A stretch of DNA of 64,000 nucleotides from Octopus sinensis (taxonomy: Eukaryota). Shown here piece by piece: positions 60,651-64,000 of this stretch. The notes below the pieces were generated by a model that made no database searches, was not told the DNA's origin, and was given only the letters and a program-made list of their open reading frames with translations. The stretch is taken from the NCBI RefSeq assembly GCF_006345805.1, contig NC_043001.1:81716001-81780000 (forward strand). Reading direction: 5' to 3'. The stretch's first letter is position 1; each line of letters starts with the position of its first letter. The translations under genes and the position numbers were made by a program.

Positions 60651-63578
60651 ATCTGTTTTCCATGCTAACATGGGTTGGACAGAGCTGTCCAAGCTCCATT
60701 TGTTCCTGTTTTGGCATGGTTTCTATGGTTGGATACCCTTCCTAATGCCCACCACTTTACAGTGTGTGCTGCATGCTTCTTATATGACACAGGCACAAGT
60801 GTTTTTTTTACGTGTCGCTAGCACAAGATCCTTGCTACAAATTCCAACCACCACGGAAACCTTAACTTTCTACACAAACTGGAGTCCTTCCGTATGGAAT
60901 TTTCAGTAGCCTGCTAGTTTTTAGACTGGACGCATCTTTTTCTTTTACCTCGTCTTTAACTTGGTTTACCATGCCCAGTAGTGTCCTACCCTGCTACATG
61001 CAACATATCATTCCTATTGTTCCTTCTCGAGCCATGCCAGGCTCACAAGGCCGGTTTCCCGGTTTCAGTGGCGTAGAAATTCCCCACCTGGACGGGACAC
61101 CGGTCTGTCACAGGGTTACTCATTTTTGAAAGATGAGTGGACCGGAGCAACATGAAATGAAGTATTTTGCTCAATAACACAATGCATTGCCCGGTCCAGG
61201 AATTGAAACCACAACCATACGATCATGATGCTGACACTCTAACCACTAAGCCACACACCTCCATGATCCGTCCTATTGCTGCAACACGATGCAGTTTAAG
61301 TGCTGTTTGGAGCCTCTAGCTGGTTAAGCCATGGATGCAATGTCTTTGTTTCCTATTGCACTCTCCCATTTATCCCTGGAGCAGGTAAAGAACAAACGAA
61401 TCTCAATTCCATTTTGGTTGCCTTTTGAGCTATGACTGGTGGTGCTTGGGAAATAGATGCAACAAACTACAGTCATGGTCAGCACCTCTGGGCAGGCTGG
61501 CCAACTTGTTCTCACTGTCTCTGCTGCTCCTCATCTCTCTTCCACCCTATTCTGAGCATAAAACTCTAAAATGGTCTTCATTACCACTTGTATAGCATCT
61601 AGGTCCCCTGATCTACATCATCTATCTGGCCAATCTCTTCTCCATTTCCACAACGAAATACAATTCATGGTCTTTACTGCTTGTGGTGGAAGTTGTGGTA
61701 ACTGTGACCAAGAAACCCACGCAAATTTCATTTAATCATATACTCTTCTAAATAATTTCTCTCCCATTGTTTAACAATAAGCTCGCTGCCTGTTTAATTC
61801 TCACATTACCTACTTGAATACATTGGACCATATTTTCAATGTGACATTCAGTTTACGTGTCAAGATAGCATGTGATTTGAGAGCAATTTGACTACTATTT
61901 TTGTCATATCAAGTGACTATGTCAAGGCTCCTTCAGTGTTGTGAGAGGTTAGTTGTGCAGGTGAAGTGCAACCACTTGTTTATATATATATATATATATA
62001 TATATATCTATATCAACGGGCATCCGTGCCAGTGGCACATAAAAAGCACCTTTCGAGAGTGATCATTACCAGTGTCGCCTTACTGGCACTTGTGCCAGTG
62101 TGCAGGTGGCATGTAAAAAAAAAAAACACCATTTGGGCATGGCCGTTGCCAGTACCACCTGACTGGCCCTTGTGCCGGTGGCACATAAAAGCACCCACTA
62201 CACTCTCGGAGTGAATGGTGTTAGGAAGGGCATCCAGCTGTAGAAACTCTGCCAGATCAAGATTCGAGTCTGGTGCAGCCATCTGGTTCGCCAGTCTTCA
62301 GTCAAATCCTCCAACCCATGCTAGCATGGAAAGCGGACGTTAAACGATGATGATGATGATATATATATTATATACCTTTTAAGAGAAATGGTCATACCAA
62401 GGTAGGGCCTCCAAGACAGGCAAGAGATAGACAAGAAGCCTTACCTTACCTTAAAGCCTGAAAAAGACTAGACTTTGCTAAAGAAACTCAAGGAACAAGA
62501 CAGTGATGTTAAACCAGTAATGGATTAAATCTACCACTCAAATAGGTCATGCTGAGATTTGAACTCAGAACACAAAAATCTAGAACAAATACTGCAAGCA
62601 ACCCAGTTTGAAATTCTTACAGTTCCATCGCTTCACCACCATGGACTGGTACTTTGTTATTGATCCCCCAAAAAGATAAAAAGCTAAGTTGAATGCCATC
62701 TGGCAGCTAAAAACATAGACAGTAACCCAGTTCAGAGCTTGAACCAACTACAGCATCTTTGTTGTAGTTTGTTGTTGTTTAGCCCTATGTCAATACTGAC
62801 CATGCCAAACTATGATTAAAGTCTTTACAGTCTTAGCTCTTCTGATTTTGATTTTAGAAAAAATTTAAACCATGTTTATCTGGAAGGAAATGTCTTCATT
62901 ATTTTATAAAAATATATCTTGAGAGTGTGATTTGAGGAAGATTTGACTGTTGTTTCTAGTAGGCAAAGGGTCCCTCTTTGTTATCCAATGTCTTCGCCAT
63001 GATAATTCAATGTAATTCAAGGAGGTGATTCCACCCTTTAGCATTCAGGTTATTCTGTCAAATGTAACAAATATTCATTCGCATTGATTTAATTAATTAT
63101 ACATTATCTCATGGCTTTGAGATTTCAATGATCTATTGTTTATGTTTTCAATAACATTGTAAGGTATGTGTGAGAGGCAGGATCTGACCAGTTTTGATAT
63201 GAAACAGAAAATTTGGGGCCAGATATTCATCATCGTCACTTACCATCCGTTGTCCATGCTGGCATGGGTTGGACAGTTTGACCAGAGCTGGCAAGCTGGG
63301 GAGCTGCACCAGAATCCAGTCTGATTTGGCATGGTTTCTATGATTGGATACCCTTCCAAATGCCAACCACTTTACGGAGTGTGCTTGATGCTTTTCATGT
63401 GATGCCACACAGGTGCTTTTACATGGCACCACATGGGATGTAGTATCCTGGTTTAAATACTAAAGGGTTAAGGAAGATTTGACTGCTCTTTCTAGCAAGT
63501 GTAGGATCTCTCGTTTCATAAGAACCATTTTGAAACCAACCAATAAATTAGCTTAAAAAGCCTTATCTTACTTTCTAT

Positions 63579-63975
63579 ACTTTTACTCTTTTACTCGTTT
63601 CAGTTATTTGACTGTGGCCATGCTGGAGCACCACCTTTAGTCGAGCAAATCAACCCCAGGACTTATTCTTTGTAAGCCTTAGTACTTATTCTATCGGTCT
63701 CTTTTGCTGAACCGCTAAGTTACAGGGACGTAAACACACCAGCATCGGTTATAAAGTGATGATGAGGAAACAATCACAGACATACAAACATATACATATA
63801 TACATATATACGACAGGCTTCTTTCAGTTTCCGTCTACTAAATCCACTCACGAAGCTTTGGTTGGCCCAAGGCTATCGTAGAAGACATTTACCCCAAGAT
63901 GCCACACAGTGGGACTGAAACTAGGACCATGTGGTTGGTAAGCAAGCTACTTACCACACAGCTACTCCTATGCCT
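63579..63975 (-). mobile_element. SINE family A, full length
   Basis: cttttactcttttactcgtttcagttatttgactgtggccatgctggagc...gcaagctacttaccacacagctactcctatgcc. Confidence 0.8.
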
Positions 63976-64000
63976 ATAGATATGGTGCATCGGCCGGGAT

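Overview
AT-rich, microsatellite-saturated animal genomic DNA. The repeat complement (tRNA-derived SINEs, RTE and CR1 LINE ends, mariner, piggyBac and Helitron debris, Penelope-like ends) looks like an octopod cephalopod; that assignment is inferred, not verified. Almost the whole window is intronic sequence of one minus-strand gene, a Caskin orthologue (ankyrin repeats + SH3). Four small coding exons were recovered by hand: 52610-52502, 51507-51399, 24498-24404 and 3281-3170 (109/109/95/112 bp). All have AG/GT borders and compatible phases (2-0-1-0-1) and join into one open frame: [141 protein letters not shown]. The gene start and end lie outside the window, and nearly all ORFs in the supplied track are repeat artefacts. 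The most unusual signals are intronic RNA structures. (i) A cluster of three near-perfect palindromes at 27.8-28.9 kb, the largest sitting concentrically inside an inverted SINE pair (about 1.1 kb potential fold-back). (ii) A pre-miRNA-sized hairpin about 110 nt downstream of an exon donor. (iii) Several minimal hammerhead-ribozyme-like motifs in Penelope-like repeat ends. (iv) A 40-bp cryptic exon that is frame-compatible as a replacement for the second SH3 exon. The SH3 domain itself is atypical (AIKEH in place of the ALYDY motif). None of these has been tested; no novel multi-gene system is supported.
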